Shown here: positions 12,501 through 25,100 of the stretch, piece by piece
Numbering within the stretch: the stretch's first letter is position 1
Layout of the letters: each line of letters starts with the position of its first letter
Assembly (NCBI GenBank): GCA_977030845.1
Contig: OZ365113.1
Coordinates: forward strand, 34,596,001-34,660,000
Length of the DNA: 64,000 nucleotides
Direction of reading: 5' to 3'
DNA from: Fimbriosthenelais zetlandica
Taxonomy: Eukaryota
The notes under the pieces: generated by a model
Told to the model about the DNA's origin: nothing
Database searches by the model: none
What the model saw: only the letters and a program-made list of their open reading frames with translations
Position numbers and translations under genes: made by a program

Positions 12501-15500
12501 AAGGAGTAAGGAGAGAGGCACAAAGGATTTCTTATATAAAGGAACTCCATTTTGAATATTGTGACGGGTCACGTCAGCTAAGAATGCCATAAGGAAGCTA
12601 CTACCATTGAGGCATGGTATTCCATATGAGTTACCTTGGTACTGTCGCTGTAGTAAAACACAATCAGACGAGTGTTGTAGACACTGGTAGGACGACAGTG
12701 TTTGCCCTCCTCACTCACAACGACAGATCAATGTCTTGAGATAAAATTCATACAAAGCAGTGGATGTAATCAATAGCGCCATTTTGTCTGGCCGCGGCCT
12801 GTTTAAGCCCGCCATATTGTCCTCTTTATATACCGGGAGAAAAAGGAGATATTCACCCTTGACTAAACAGTGACTGGGATTTGTGGACCGCAGAACTCAG
12901 TGGTCCTTGTAGTGACAGCAGGACATAAGAAGTGCTGTCAAGCATTGTTTTTGTCTGCAAAAAAGGCCAGGCTTTTTGACAGAAAAGCACCTTTAACTAT
13001 TTACTTTTTCAACTATTAAAACTAATCTAAGCAACAAGGGCATGAAACAACATTTCTTTATACGTATTCAGTATACGATATAAATGCCCATTTATCATTT
13101 TAAATCTCGTTGAATTTGTTTTTAATACCAAGAAGCCACCTTTAAGAACCTGTCACGATTCAGCCATCATCCAGGGATCAGCTTTAGTTGGACACAGACT
13201 CAGAATTAAATTTAAACAGTATAAATGTTATCCCACTTGAACCTGAACTATACATTCCAGCAGACAAACTCTTCTTTAATATCACAAGATCGTGGTAGGA
13301 GGGTGTATACTGGAAACTATTGATCTACCCGTCTAAGGTACTTAGGCTGTGAGAAATTGTATGACCCTCCCAGTGCCCCTCTGATCCATGGGTATTATGT
13401 ATTTAGTCCAGTAGAGAGAAACACGAAGAGCAGCTCACGAGCTAGCCACAGAAAAGGTCTGACTCAATGCTTCTATATTTACGCCGTAGACTATAGCTTA
13501 CCCTGCACCGCTTTCGTTGGTTTAACCCGGTCTACTTGTGATATATAGGACTCAGGCACGTATGCAAAAACGTCCTGCTTACAATATCTGCCATTATTCT
13601 TCACCACCCATGCCATGTTGAAATAGATTGTTGGAGTGATTGGTGGCTAGGTCGAGAGACCAATATTGATGCAGTCTTTATATTCCAAGAGGGAGTACCA
13701 GCCTTTTCCACTGTTTTAATACCATCCCTCTCGTGAATTGATGGTGTTTCTAATCATCTGATAATGAGATAGAAAAAGTAATGTACCCACACAAAATCTG
13801 CCTGGTTTTCCTCCAAACAGACCATTCTCAAATATCACTTGAAAAGGTTAGAGACTGCTTTTGACCTGGAGATCTGCTCATGTTTTTGCAGAAATTCGAT
13901 AATGTCAAAAAACCAATAGGTTTAAAAGTTCCCAAATTACAGCCTTTTCTATTGAAAATAGTTCAGATGCAATTTGTTATTGACTTAACAATTCACATCG
14001 TTCGTGATGGGCCCAAGCTAAAAATAAAAGTCACTATTGTTGTTGGAGCCTAATGGAAAATGGTGCAGTCAAACCATGATGGTTTCTAGATAATTCATTT
14101 AAATTATTCTTCATGGCATGAAATGATGCACTGTTTAGATTCGGTCATGAAATCTGCTGCCAGGCAGCACCCTGGTTGGTCCACAATGCATAAGAATTAT
14201 TAAAACTCAAATTCCCAATAGAGTACTTGAACAATGCATCTTTAAATAGGGAACGCTGGATGAATAATGAATAAAATACACAGAGATGCTTGATAGTGAA
14301 ACCGTATTATATACACCAGGCACAATAGAATTAGATTTAAACACGCTCGTCCCATCTCTAAGTGGCATATCAGGGAAACAGGCGCACAATAAATGCTTAT
14401 TCTGCCACTATTATCAATAACTAGCGCCTCCTGTAAAAAGACGAGCCAGACTATAATTGTGACCATTAATCTGCTTACCAAGGACTAACCCCCTGACAAT
14501 CAGGGACCATTGGCGTTTTAATCCAGCCCTCAACCTCCAGCAAATAGAGTCCCCAATTTTGTGTTTCATTATAACGAGGATTTTACTATTTTTATGCTTC
14601 AACGCAAGGTCATACTATGCCTCCGATTGCCAGAATTGTAGTAGTTTTCCATTGTGTCACTGTTGGAGCCTTAGGCGTAGTTTACGAGCTGTTTCGAGGA
14701 ATATCGTATCAGGTTCCACAGCTGAGTATACACAGAGCAAATCGTGCTATTTATAGACCTATCATGCGCTTGCTCGCGAGCGAGCAAGAGCTTTGGAAAA
14801 AGAGCAATTGCAGCAGTTGGATGCAATGGCATTCTGCCTCAATAGACTCCACAATTCGGAGCAAAATTCAGGCCTTACATGCCATGTTGAAAAGACTTAA
14901 AATCCCCAAATGATAATTGGGTTGGGAGAGAATAAAGTCAGATGGTCTGGGAATATTTTAGTGCCCCGTAAACACTTGACGCGGATCCTGGTTGAAACTG
15001 GAGGCATTGAACCAGACAGAATGGGCAGCTGTAAAGGAGGAGGAGGAGCGGGGAGAGTGTGGGGATTTTATCATCAGATCTGACCATCGCCTGATTCTCC
15101 GCCATGGTGGAGAGCACGCCGTGTTGTCATCAGATTGACGCCTGATGACAGACGTGAACCAATTCTGTCCCTTCTCTCTTTCTTCATGCCCATCTCACAC
15201 CTTATGACCTTCATTCTGCATCATTTAACACAATGTGACTGCCTGGGGAAGGTTTCAGCCATGAATTAGCTCAACACTGTAAATCAGAGCAGCAGGAATT
15301 GGCAAGAGTTGGCCTATCCACAGTGTATCTATGGGCCTTGCAGCTCAATGCTTTGAGATAGGCTGCATCATGAAAGCCTATCTCAAAGCACTGAGCTGCA
15401 AGCACAGATGCAAGCCCATATATGCACAGTGGATAACGGCTATATCGCCCAGTGATATGGCTACATATGATAACTATAGATTGCCATGTAGAACTTTCAT

Positions 15501-18500
15501 CGAGCGGAAAAGGTGTTTAGGGATTAGAAGGATTAGAATGTAAGGGATTATAATGTAATAGAAGAACTGCAAAAGCAATGATTACATTTTAACTCATTGT
15601 CAAATTAGAAGCACTTCTGTTCAGACCAACAGATAGAACGGTAGAAATGGGCCAAATCGGTTGGTCTGTTGGCTTTGTCTGTGATAACATCCTCATTGTC
15701 TATTCGACCGGTGTGTTCCTGGCTTAAATATCCTGGATGACATTATGATCGCCTGTGATGGGCAATATATCATCTTCAATGTGAAGTCAATGTGAACACG
15801 GTACAGGTTGAATAAATGCCATCTATGATATATATTATGGATATGATGATATAATCGATTCACGGTAGAATATCCCAAACCTGCCTGAAAAACCTGATGG
15901 CTGATTTATAGCTCTGTTATTTGGATCCCAATTTCGTAGCGTCCCTGCAGCATCAATCAAAGCCAATTGCATTTTTCCTTCCATCCAATATTGTTCTTGA
16001 AAGATGGCAAATTATTCTCTAAATGAGAAGGAATATCAATTTCAATGCTTAGAATGAAATTCTTAGTGAACATTGTCATTCCATCGGTCCGCTTAATAGG
16101 TCTGTAAATTGTATAATGATGCCTTCAAGGTGAATGTTGTAGTCGCAAGAATAAGTCTCAAGGACTGTATGAAAGATTTATTATGTTGGACCCGTGGTGT
16201 GGAACAAACAGCCCCGGGGAATGGGCCCCCATTACTGATGTATTCTCTTTCAAAAAAGCAAATTACGAAACAGCGATGGTGAATATCCAATGAAGAATAT
16301 GATTATCTATCATACTCATCTCTTCCCTTTAAGACTCATTTCCCTTTGTGTTTCACACTGTAATTCCCTAATGAATTAGTCTAATTACATTGGATGTCTT
16401 TTACCTTCACAGAGCATGTAATTTCCCGGCCCCACTCGCCAGGTAATTGTTAATATTGAGGCACTTGAGGCTGTACTTGCCATTGTTAAATATATTACTC
16501 CACTTGGCCTCATATTATTTATGGTGTTGCAGCATGAGCTTCCCGAATGCTTCCGAGTCTTATTTTGGTGTTGTTGAGTCATGTTAATATTGTGATTTAT
16601 TTCAAAATGAAAGCGAAGAAAACTCATGATTATCTGGTTCAATGGATTGCCATGGGATTTCAAGATTTCAAGCTGAAAGGTCTTATCTCAAATGCCATAC
16701 ACATTGTTCCATATGGCCTTGTGAAATAATCCCGCATATAAATTAACTTCTGTTTGAAATTCATAATTCCCACTAGCAATCAATCCTGTTTTATTGAAAT
16801 CCATTAAAAATCAGATGGAGTAGAGGAACGCCGGCGTTTTGCCCTCTTTAGGTTATTTACTATGGAAGTAATGTATGTGGGACATTATGGAAGGGAAAGG
16901 ACGAGACAGGCAGGTGGCACGTGAAAGGTGCCTTCATCTGTATGCTAAACCAGCAGGCACTAAACAAATGAACGGTGACTGTGCCAGAGCGAATGTCAAA
17001 CCATCTTGAGAGTGCCTGTCTTTGGGCGTTCCTCCAAATAACACCTCTGTCCCTGCTTCATTAGCACTGATTAATTGATCATGGACAGATTGCACACTGA
17101 CTCCATTATCTTGCTGGGATAAGAGATGCAGCAATATTTAATTATCTCCCAGATGTAAGGTTTAGGGAGTCTTTGAGGAAGCTGATCCATCCTCAACAAA
17201 ACCTTCCCCTGCTTTGCTGCAGATGTCTGTGTTACTTTTAAGCCTTTTTAGTCCTCATTTTGTAATTATATTGAGACTTAAATGTAGTGAGGCCAAATCC
17301 TTCCAATCCTAATCCTAAATTCTTATCACTCATCTTCATCTTGTGTGGTGAATAAGGAAGGTAAGGAATGGCTGAGTAACAACAGGAAATGTTCAGGAAA
17401 TGCTTAGGAGGATTTCCTATCTCCATAACATTTGTTTTGCCATTGAACAGGGTCTTAACATAACCAGGTGTCTGCATCTGAATTACCATGTTCCCATATG
17501 TTACCAAACAACAGTAACCAGCTTTCTCTACCGTATATAATACGCCTTCATCATTTTGGGTTAGCTCAAGAAAGATGTCCCCTGAAAGACCCCATGGAAT
17601 TACATGAAGCAAAAAAAAGACAATCAGATGGGGAAAACATCAGCATATGTACAGTACATGGCTTCTACCAAGACCCCATCCATCTACACCACTGCCACAT
17701 TCATTATTCTCAAATTCAGGTTGCACAGATGGGAATAGGCTTGTTCCTTACCACAGCACAGCTTCATGTACATATCACATTCTATTAATGAAGCCATCAA
17801 CAAGTAACTGTATCCATAATGTCCATAACACTATAGGTCTGAGCACATTTATCACCGGGCAACTAATTTGGTTAGACCTAAGAAGCAATACCCCTTATAA
17901 CTGAAGCATCTTAGGGTACTTGCAGCACCCGCACACCGCCCCTCCCCACCTCTCTAAGGTTTGGCCATGCCTTCTTTAATGCGCTATACTTGTGATAGAT
18001 GCTTTTACCGAGCACAGGACTCAGGAAACAAGATTAGCTTCAGCTAGCTTCTAGGAACAATCATACGCCTAACTGGTACATGGCTGAGAAGCATGCTGCG
18101 ACCGCCTCTCAATGCACCAAATACAAAGGAAGCGTGTTTTTACATGGGCGATGTGCCTTGCCAAGTGGGGCTCTTCAAAGAAGTGTAATTAACAGTCATA
18201 TTGCTTAATACTAAGCCCAGATAGCCCAGGCTGCGGTAGATATCAGAATGACAAACGCATGCAAGTCACGTAACTTTAACGCACATGCGTCACTTCATTC
18301 ACATTTGGACTTCAATGTTTATTGTCAAATAAAACATGCTTGATTGTTCCCAACTAAAACCTTGCACAGAATTTTCATTTTCATGCCAGGCAAATATTCT
18401 ATAATGGAGCAAAGTCCTCGTAGGCGAGCCGTGTACCAAAGTGTTGGACAAAGGCATTTCCGCGCTGCTATTTCTATACCACAATGAACGAAGCCAATGT

Positions 18501-19883
18501 GGCTTCATCAAGGAAAAATGGCTGGCATGGCTGCCTGGAGGGAGAGGGGTGACAGTGGACTAGTCGGCCAAGTATGGAGGTAATGCTTAGAGTAAACAAT
18601 CAGGGGATATTGTAGGCTATTTACATGGACTATGTTTATTCCCTGGTAAGCCTGGAATTAACTGTATGTCCCTGGAGAGCGGGCTGGTAAGGCTGGCTTC
18701 AGGCTAGCCGTGAGTTCACATCACTTATCCCGGGGACGACTTAATTACAGTTGAATTAGGGAATACATGCAGGCCTATAGGGAGACCTCTATACCGTGTG
18801 ACTGATACTCTACTTCATTGAGGGGATACGTGTCTAATTAAAACATCTCCTGTATCGTATCATATATAAAATACACCACCTAGAAACATTGATGAATAGC
18901 TTTTACCAAACACAGGTGGCTGCCAACTCGTATCTAATCACCGAAGTTATCCATCAAAAATGCTCCACACTGGTGGAACACAATCAAGTTGAAAGCATAT
19001 TGGGGTGACAAAGATTGGGCTAGATTAATGACCTCATTCTTTTACCGAGAGTAAACGGCTGGAATCTTTTGTTCCTGTAATCAAATAGGTCTACTTTAAT
19101 GCTATTTCCCCAGCTGCTGCAACGATGCTCTTGTGTCAAAACACCATAACCAGTTTTCTGCAAATGTGCTAAAAGCATTAGGTATGAAGGAAAGCATACT
19201 GCATGCATGAAGTAATTTGGTCCAGCAGCCATATGTGTTGATGTATAGGTTGCTGTGAATGATTACCACTTCATTTAGAGCCCCACCCCTTAATCTTTGC
19301 GCCCTTTTGCCTCCCACTATTAAATTAGCCCAGGAGTGAAAGCCTTGACATCCCGCCAGGCGTAAAATGCAACTGGGTGCAAAGATTAACGACCAATGAC
19401 TGTCAATGAACAAGCAATAACTTGCGGTGTTATTTCGAGCAAAATAACCTTCATTGAACACAATGGTCTTCCATTAAATATTACATAACCATGCTAATGG
19501 GTTCTTGTACTCTTATATAATATAGGCCTATGTTATAAGTCCTATGTTATTTGAGCATCATGTTGCATATATATGCGCAGAAGAACAAAATTCGAATCAT
19601 GAACATCAATTCTGTTCCATGAACCAACCAACAATACAATCATGCTGAATTCATATTAATTTCATCTGTATGCGAACACCAATGAGCAGGCCATTGAAAA
19701 ACAGCAAAGTCTTGTTCAGAAGGTTCCCTACTTTGCTGCATACAGAATAGAAGGTACTATTTCTGGGGGATTGTGCCCAGTTCTTATGGATCAAGATCTT
19801 TGGGCAACATCCTTGTATTGATTTCCCTGTCCTCTTTTTTCACCACCTATAAAGCAGGAAGACATTAATCAAAGGGAACTTAC

Positions 19884-20150
19884 CGCCTCGGGCGATCTTC
19901 CTTGCCCATGTTGCTTCTGGTAGTGGAGTCGGAGCCTATCCTTTATGTCTTGCAGGCATTGACAGTTGTCCTTGGGTACTTGGTATTTCTCCATCAACAA
20001 AAATCCCTCCCAGACCTCTTTAAGGTTGGTCACTTCTTCCAGAGTCAGTAGTGACCCCAGGCCCCCCTGGGCCGAGGCCCCACTGACCCTCCTCATGGGG
20101 CTGAGACGTTTAGGCGATGATAGGATATTTGAGGGATATCCTGTGGACAT
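19884..20150 (-). CDS. Orphan coding exon (89 aa) homologous to the N-terminal module of the dynamin-kinase gene; downstream exons not identified
   Basis: GCCACCATG Kozak start preceded by an in-frame stop, an upstream acceptor (tttgtctctag, about 20326), an open frame and a phase-0 gtaagt donor at 19883. Aligns ungapped with the exon at 22100-22297 (12/51 identities plus many conservative pairs). Confidence 0.55.
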
Positions 20151-20879
20151 GGTGGCCCACTTTTACTTTGCCTGCATCAAAGCCCACTTTGCCTACACCA
20201 CTTAGGGCTGCTGGGTTGGCCAGTGACTTGTTCCACGCGGCCGGGGCTCTCCTATCTACCGCCGATCTCTCCCACACAGGTTGAAGAAGAGGGAAGTAGA
20301 TTCTTGCTGACTTGACTATTTGGGCCTAGAGACAAAGATATTCACTGGCAACTGAGCTGATTTTAATTGCACTGATTAGCTGAAAGAAAACGGTCATAGA
20401 ATGTCAATGAAAGGGCTGTGTAACAAAGAGTCCTCTTCAAATGGCAACATCAATTGTGTTTGATTGCAAATGGGAGGATGAATCAATGCTAGCTCTGTTT
20501 ATATCTAACTAATTATCCCAGAGTCAAGAGCAATAAGTGCCATGGATTATACGATGGAAGAAAATGCCAAAGGAAGGCAATTTGTCTTAAATGCCACAAC
20601 GGTGACAACGGTATGATATAGATCAAGCATGGTAAAGCGTAACATGTGTATGACAGAATTACAAGGCCATATTTACCAGCAATAGTATGCGTGTCCTTCT
20701 TGTCGCTCCACACCTCAGATCTCTCTCCTTGAGGCTAATGTTTTTGTGCTGTCGTTAAACACAGAATGTAATATATTAACCATAAGCGACACTATGATAT
20801 TAAGCTAGTCAAGCAGGCCGTTTGTGTTAAGCCGGGGATGTGTGAGCAGTTCGCCCGAGCCACTCGCGCTCTACATCTT

Positions 20880-21500
20880 ACTCCAGATCCTATGCTTGGT
20901 GGTCGTGCTGATGAAGATGGAAGTCAGGCACAAATTCAGGCTTGCCTCTCTGTCTCATGCTGTCAAACCCAACCACTGTCCTTCCCCGAGTGACAAATGC
21001 CTGCCGTGTCACTAGATTGCCTTGGAAACCACAGCCTCTTGTCATCCGATAGTCTCAACTGTGGCGATGTCACATTGTTGTAGTCACTGCCTCTCTAATG
21101 AGTGCTTACGTCCCGGGTTTTCTCTGCAAGAGCCTCTGAGCCTCTCTGACCATGGAGTGTATAGTGAGCTGCTCAGACAGTTGTCCTCATTGTGAGGGTG
21201 GGAGGTAGACCACTGCTGCCACCCTGTGTCCAACATGCACACACTAATACATAAGGGTTTGGAGGAGTGTGTCTGGAGTGTTAACCCTGCACGATCCTAG
21301 GCCTGCCAGCAGTCCCACCCAGCAATATTGAAGCCAGCTTCTGCTGCTGCTGTTGCTGCCAGGACTCAGCTAGCTTCCCAGCTGCTGCTTGTGCGGCATC
21401 TGTTGTGGGAGAGCAGGTTGGTTGAGCATATAGCGGAGAGCAGCGCTGGATAGAGGGCAATGCAGGCACACTGCCACCATGGCAGATTGTTGTCCTCCTA
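20880..21500 (-). mobile_element. Decayed non-LTR retrotransposon (LINE) fragment, APE-endonuclease region
   Basis: Minus-strand translations across stops and frameshifts give KLASILLG, VAAVVYLPP, GSDYNNV (GDFN-like) and FVTRGRT (TRG..TLD-like) in the order expected for LINE ORF2 endonucleases. No RT motifs were found. Confidence 0.5.
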
Positions 21501-21819
21501 CCCACAACTCTGTAAGCTTACTTCCCTCCTTCAAGAGCAGCTGCTGGAGCAGATGGAGAGCAGATGGATAAACCCAGCAGCAGCCACTGCAAAATGGTTG
21601 GAGAGCAGACAAATCGATAATGTCCAGAAAGGAACCCAACATGCGTGTCTCTTGCGTGTCCCATTCATAGTCTTTAGTACAAAAATCTCCTATAAGGTCA
21701 TGGCAATCAGACCATCCGTCCGGAAAGCCAAAACCTGTTACATTTTAAACCTTTCCTCTGATATTTATGATTTATTCTATGATTAGTTTTACACGAGCAT
21801 GAGAAGCCATGGGTGAGCC

Positions 21820-22110
21820 GCTTCCGGACGGTAGTGAGCCGTGTCGTCTGCAAGTGGCTTCCCCATCGTCAGGCCTTGGCGGGAAGAAGTGACGGTAGCC
21901 GCTTCATCCAACTGCTGCTAACAAAAGCAGCCGTCCCTTATATCAGTGACAGTGTGGAGGATATCAGAAGGAAAACCCACCCCCGACTGCTATATTAAAG
22001 GCAGAACAACAGCCCAAACATCCACACACCTTCCTGTTTCCGGTCACATCTGGACCCCCCCAGTTCTGCTTCCAATGTTGCAGGAAACTGCTCAAAAAGA
22101 TGGCTGCTCC
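21820..22110. promoter_or_regulatory. Putative promoter of the dynamin-kinase gene, possibly bidirectional
   Basis: ETS-type cores (gcttccgg near 21827, tttccggt near 22038) and an AAGATGGCTGC YY1-like motif overlapping the ATG at 22100. Confidence 0.4.
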
Positions 22111-25100
22111 ACGATGTGGCGATGCGGGCCTTACAGAGGACAGTGTTAATGAGATCACAGATCTATTCCAGGCCTTCCAATGGATACAGAAGCTGGATAT
22201 CAATCCCTCAGGGATTACAGATATAGAAGGAGCCAAATGCAGGCTGCTGCAATATCTCCAGGAACAATATGGTGCTGGAAAACACCAACGTGCAGACGTA
22301 AGTTCACTCTGACACCATTACTACTACATCTTACTTCACAATCGCCATGTCACAATATCCCATCAAGGCCATCGCTTACATGTTCTCTCTCATTTCCTAC
22401 TGTAAACATCAAAACATATCAACACCAATATACCCACCACACTTTATATATAGATTGAGGAAGCAGGCCAGACTATTTGTCATTGTACAGTAGTGGCTTC
22501 CATATCGGTGTAAATATAGAAGCCATTATATATATAGAACCCAGCGGGGTATTTAAAGGTGCTGAATATAGCTCTCCTGATGCACATTAATGCAACAGAC
22601 AGGAACTATACTGGGGTATCCTAACGATTGGATGAACATAAAATCTCAATTTTATGGGATCTAGGGATTTTCAATTTCACAGATTTTTGTCTTTTAGTTA
22701 AGGCTGAACCAGATTTATCACATTGAACGTGATTGGTGATGCAATTAGCCTTCAATATGCCTGACCAATGGTAGGCTTTCCAATTCTTAGTAATATGTAT
22801 TATAAATTGAATGATTCGGGCACATAATGGTAGAAACCATATTATATTAATGGGATAATGATCAAGGTTTTTGGGGATACCATTTTATTGGCTGTCACAT
22901 GTTCCAACCCGGTGAGTCGACTGTTGCTGTCAATGGTAGTGTCAGACAAGGGGGCGGCCATCTTGGATTTAGTACCAGACATTGCCCTCAGCGTCTCTCT
23001 CATCGTGCAGATCGTCTGAAGAACTTGCCGCCTGTGAAGCCAATTAATCACGGAATAATGTCAAATCTATGCCCAGCTACAGTTGCATTGTCACATGCCA
23101 GGAAAATGTTTTATGATTCAGTTCTATTCAGAGTTACATGAATTCAAATCCCATTGTCTGGCTTCAGGTAGAAGCCATCTGGTTTGAACTGATCGTTCAT
23201 ATCACTTTTCATATACTACTGATGATAATAGTGGTAATAATAGTGAAACCAAATTCTGCCAATTATTTTCCTATGATTTGTGTAATTGCTTGAATCTTCA
23301 GTCTCGTTAGAAAAGGTTTATTCCCATAGATTATGAGCCCTACTACATTGACATAATGGGTTATTTCTCTATAGTTTTCCATCGGTTTGGAAATGCTTTG
23401 AGTGATTTCGCATTATCTCAACTCTCCCCACTCTCTCGACAGTATTCTTCCATGAACTTTCCCTTATACATTGTGGAAAGTTCAGTAATAAAACCCATAT
23501 ATAATGATGGTCGAGAGTGAGATGTGGGTTACGCATTAAGATGTCATCCTCATCCTCCCGTCATGTTTAATATGACACCATGTCTTTAGCCCCGTTAAAG
23601 CGACATCTCTGCTCTTATCACGAAGCAAAAATAGAAAAAAACCTGACAACCTCTCAGTTTTAACGTCACTCTGCCTTATCTGACATGACCTGGAATCCAG
23701 GAGAGCTTAAAAATAGAACAATATGTGCCTCCGAAAACTTTGACATGATTACTTGTCGAAAGATGAATTGGAAGGTGTTTTTCAATGTGGCGGCAGGGAT
23801 TCTAAGCCTGGCCTTGTCTGATGGCTTTATTTTTTCTCTCACATGAACACGGTGCCTCGTTTTACTCGGCAGGTGTCCGCCATAATGAAGGAAGTCCTGG
23901 ACAAAGACCGCCAGCTGCGCACGCAACTCATTGACCTTTATAGACAGGTGGAGACCTACGTCATTCAACTTCCGGTGTCGCGGAGAAAAGAGCTGGAGCA
24001 GAGTATTCCCGCGGTGGGTCAACAGATCCACGACAATGTCTGTAACCTGGAGCGGAGCGACTGTCACATATTAGTCGCCGGTAATTAGCATGTTTTAATT
24101 GGAAACTTATCTATGGCTAAAATATTAATGAGTGTCCCGTAAAAATGAATAAATATTCGATTGTTTAACATAATAAAGATGATGCTTCTCTGCTTTATAT
24201 ATTTGATAACTGGTAAAGACTTATTATACATACATAGGCTTTTAAAATAACATAGTGAAAAGATCAATTTGAGACATTTTCTAGGACATAATAGTCTGGG
24301 AAGGTCTTGTTTCCTTTAAAGCAATTTTCTTATGAATGAGCTGCTCAGGTGGAAGACAGAGCTCCATATCTTTATATGAGGTAAATATTAGAATACTGTG
24401 TAGATCTTTGAAGAGAGACGATCAGTGTCTGTGATTTCTTTCCTGACAGGTGAAGTATCTGCTGGCAAGTCGAGCCTGCTAAATTTAATCCTGGGAATAG
24501 ATTTATTACCTACCTCCCTGCTCAGCTGTACATCAACCATCTGTGAACTGAGGTAAGTCTCTTTTCTATCTCTTTCTCTCTCTCTCTCCCTCTCCCTAAA
24601 CCTACCCCTCGATCCCTCTCTCACTCAATCCACCCCTTCCTGTCTCTTTCCCATTTCTCTCCCTGTAGCTCCCTCCCACTATCTGTGTGTGTGCCTCTCT
24701 CTCCCGCCCCTCCATGTTTCTTTATTCTCAGGTGGCAGGATAAGGATCCCCTTTGCACTTTCATAGCGTGACTTCTGACTTTCCCTTGCGTGATCCCGAG
24801 TCACATGTCCCTCTGTTGTTTCTTTCTTTCTCAATTTTCTTATGAAGTTGGGTTCGGTTTACCCTTATCACAGGCTTGCAGTGGCAGTGGCATATTTTGC
24901 CTTGGGCAGCAAGATTTCTTACGAAGCAGCATACATGTTGCACCTTTGAATTCCCCTAAATTGGGATTCCCCAGACACAAAAACATACATTACATGGTCT
25001 TGGTTAGACTCCGCTAGATATCTTTTGATACTTCCTGTTGAAATGAACACATATTTAGCAGACCTAACCTACATTATATGGTAACTAATCTAATTATCTA

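Noticed and set aside
12635-12647. Possible 13-nt minus-strand micro-exon (ctacag/CGACAGTACCAAG/gtaact)
   Set aside because: No neighbouring exons to connect it to; readily arises by chance.
19780-19883. Next exon of the orphan gene via the acceptor ttcctgctttatag near 19847
   Set aside because: The implied intron is only about 37 nt and the frame stops after 20 codons.
23666-24067. 133-aa minus-strand ORF (similarly 26886-27092, 30385-30642, 44014-44325, 45704-46126)
   Set aside because: Antisense shadows of real exons or of intronic repeats.
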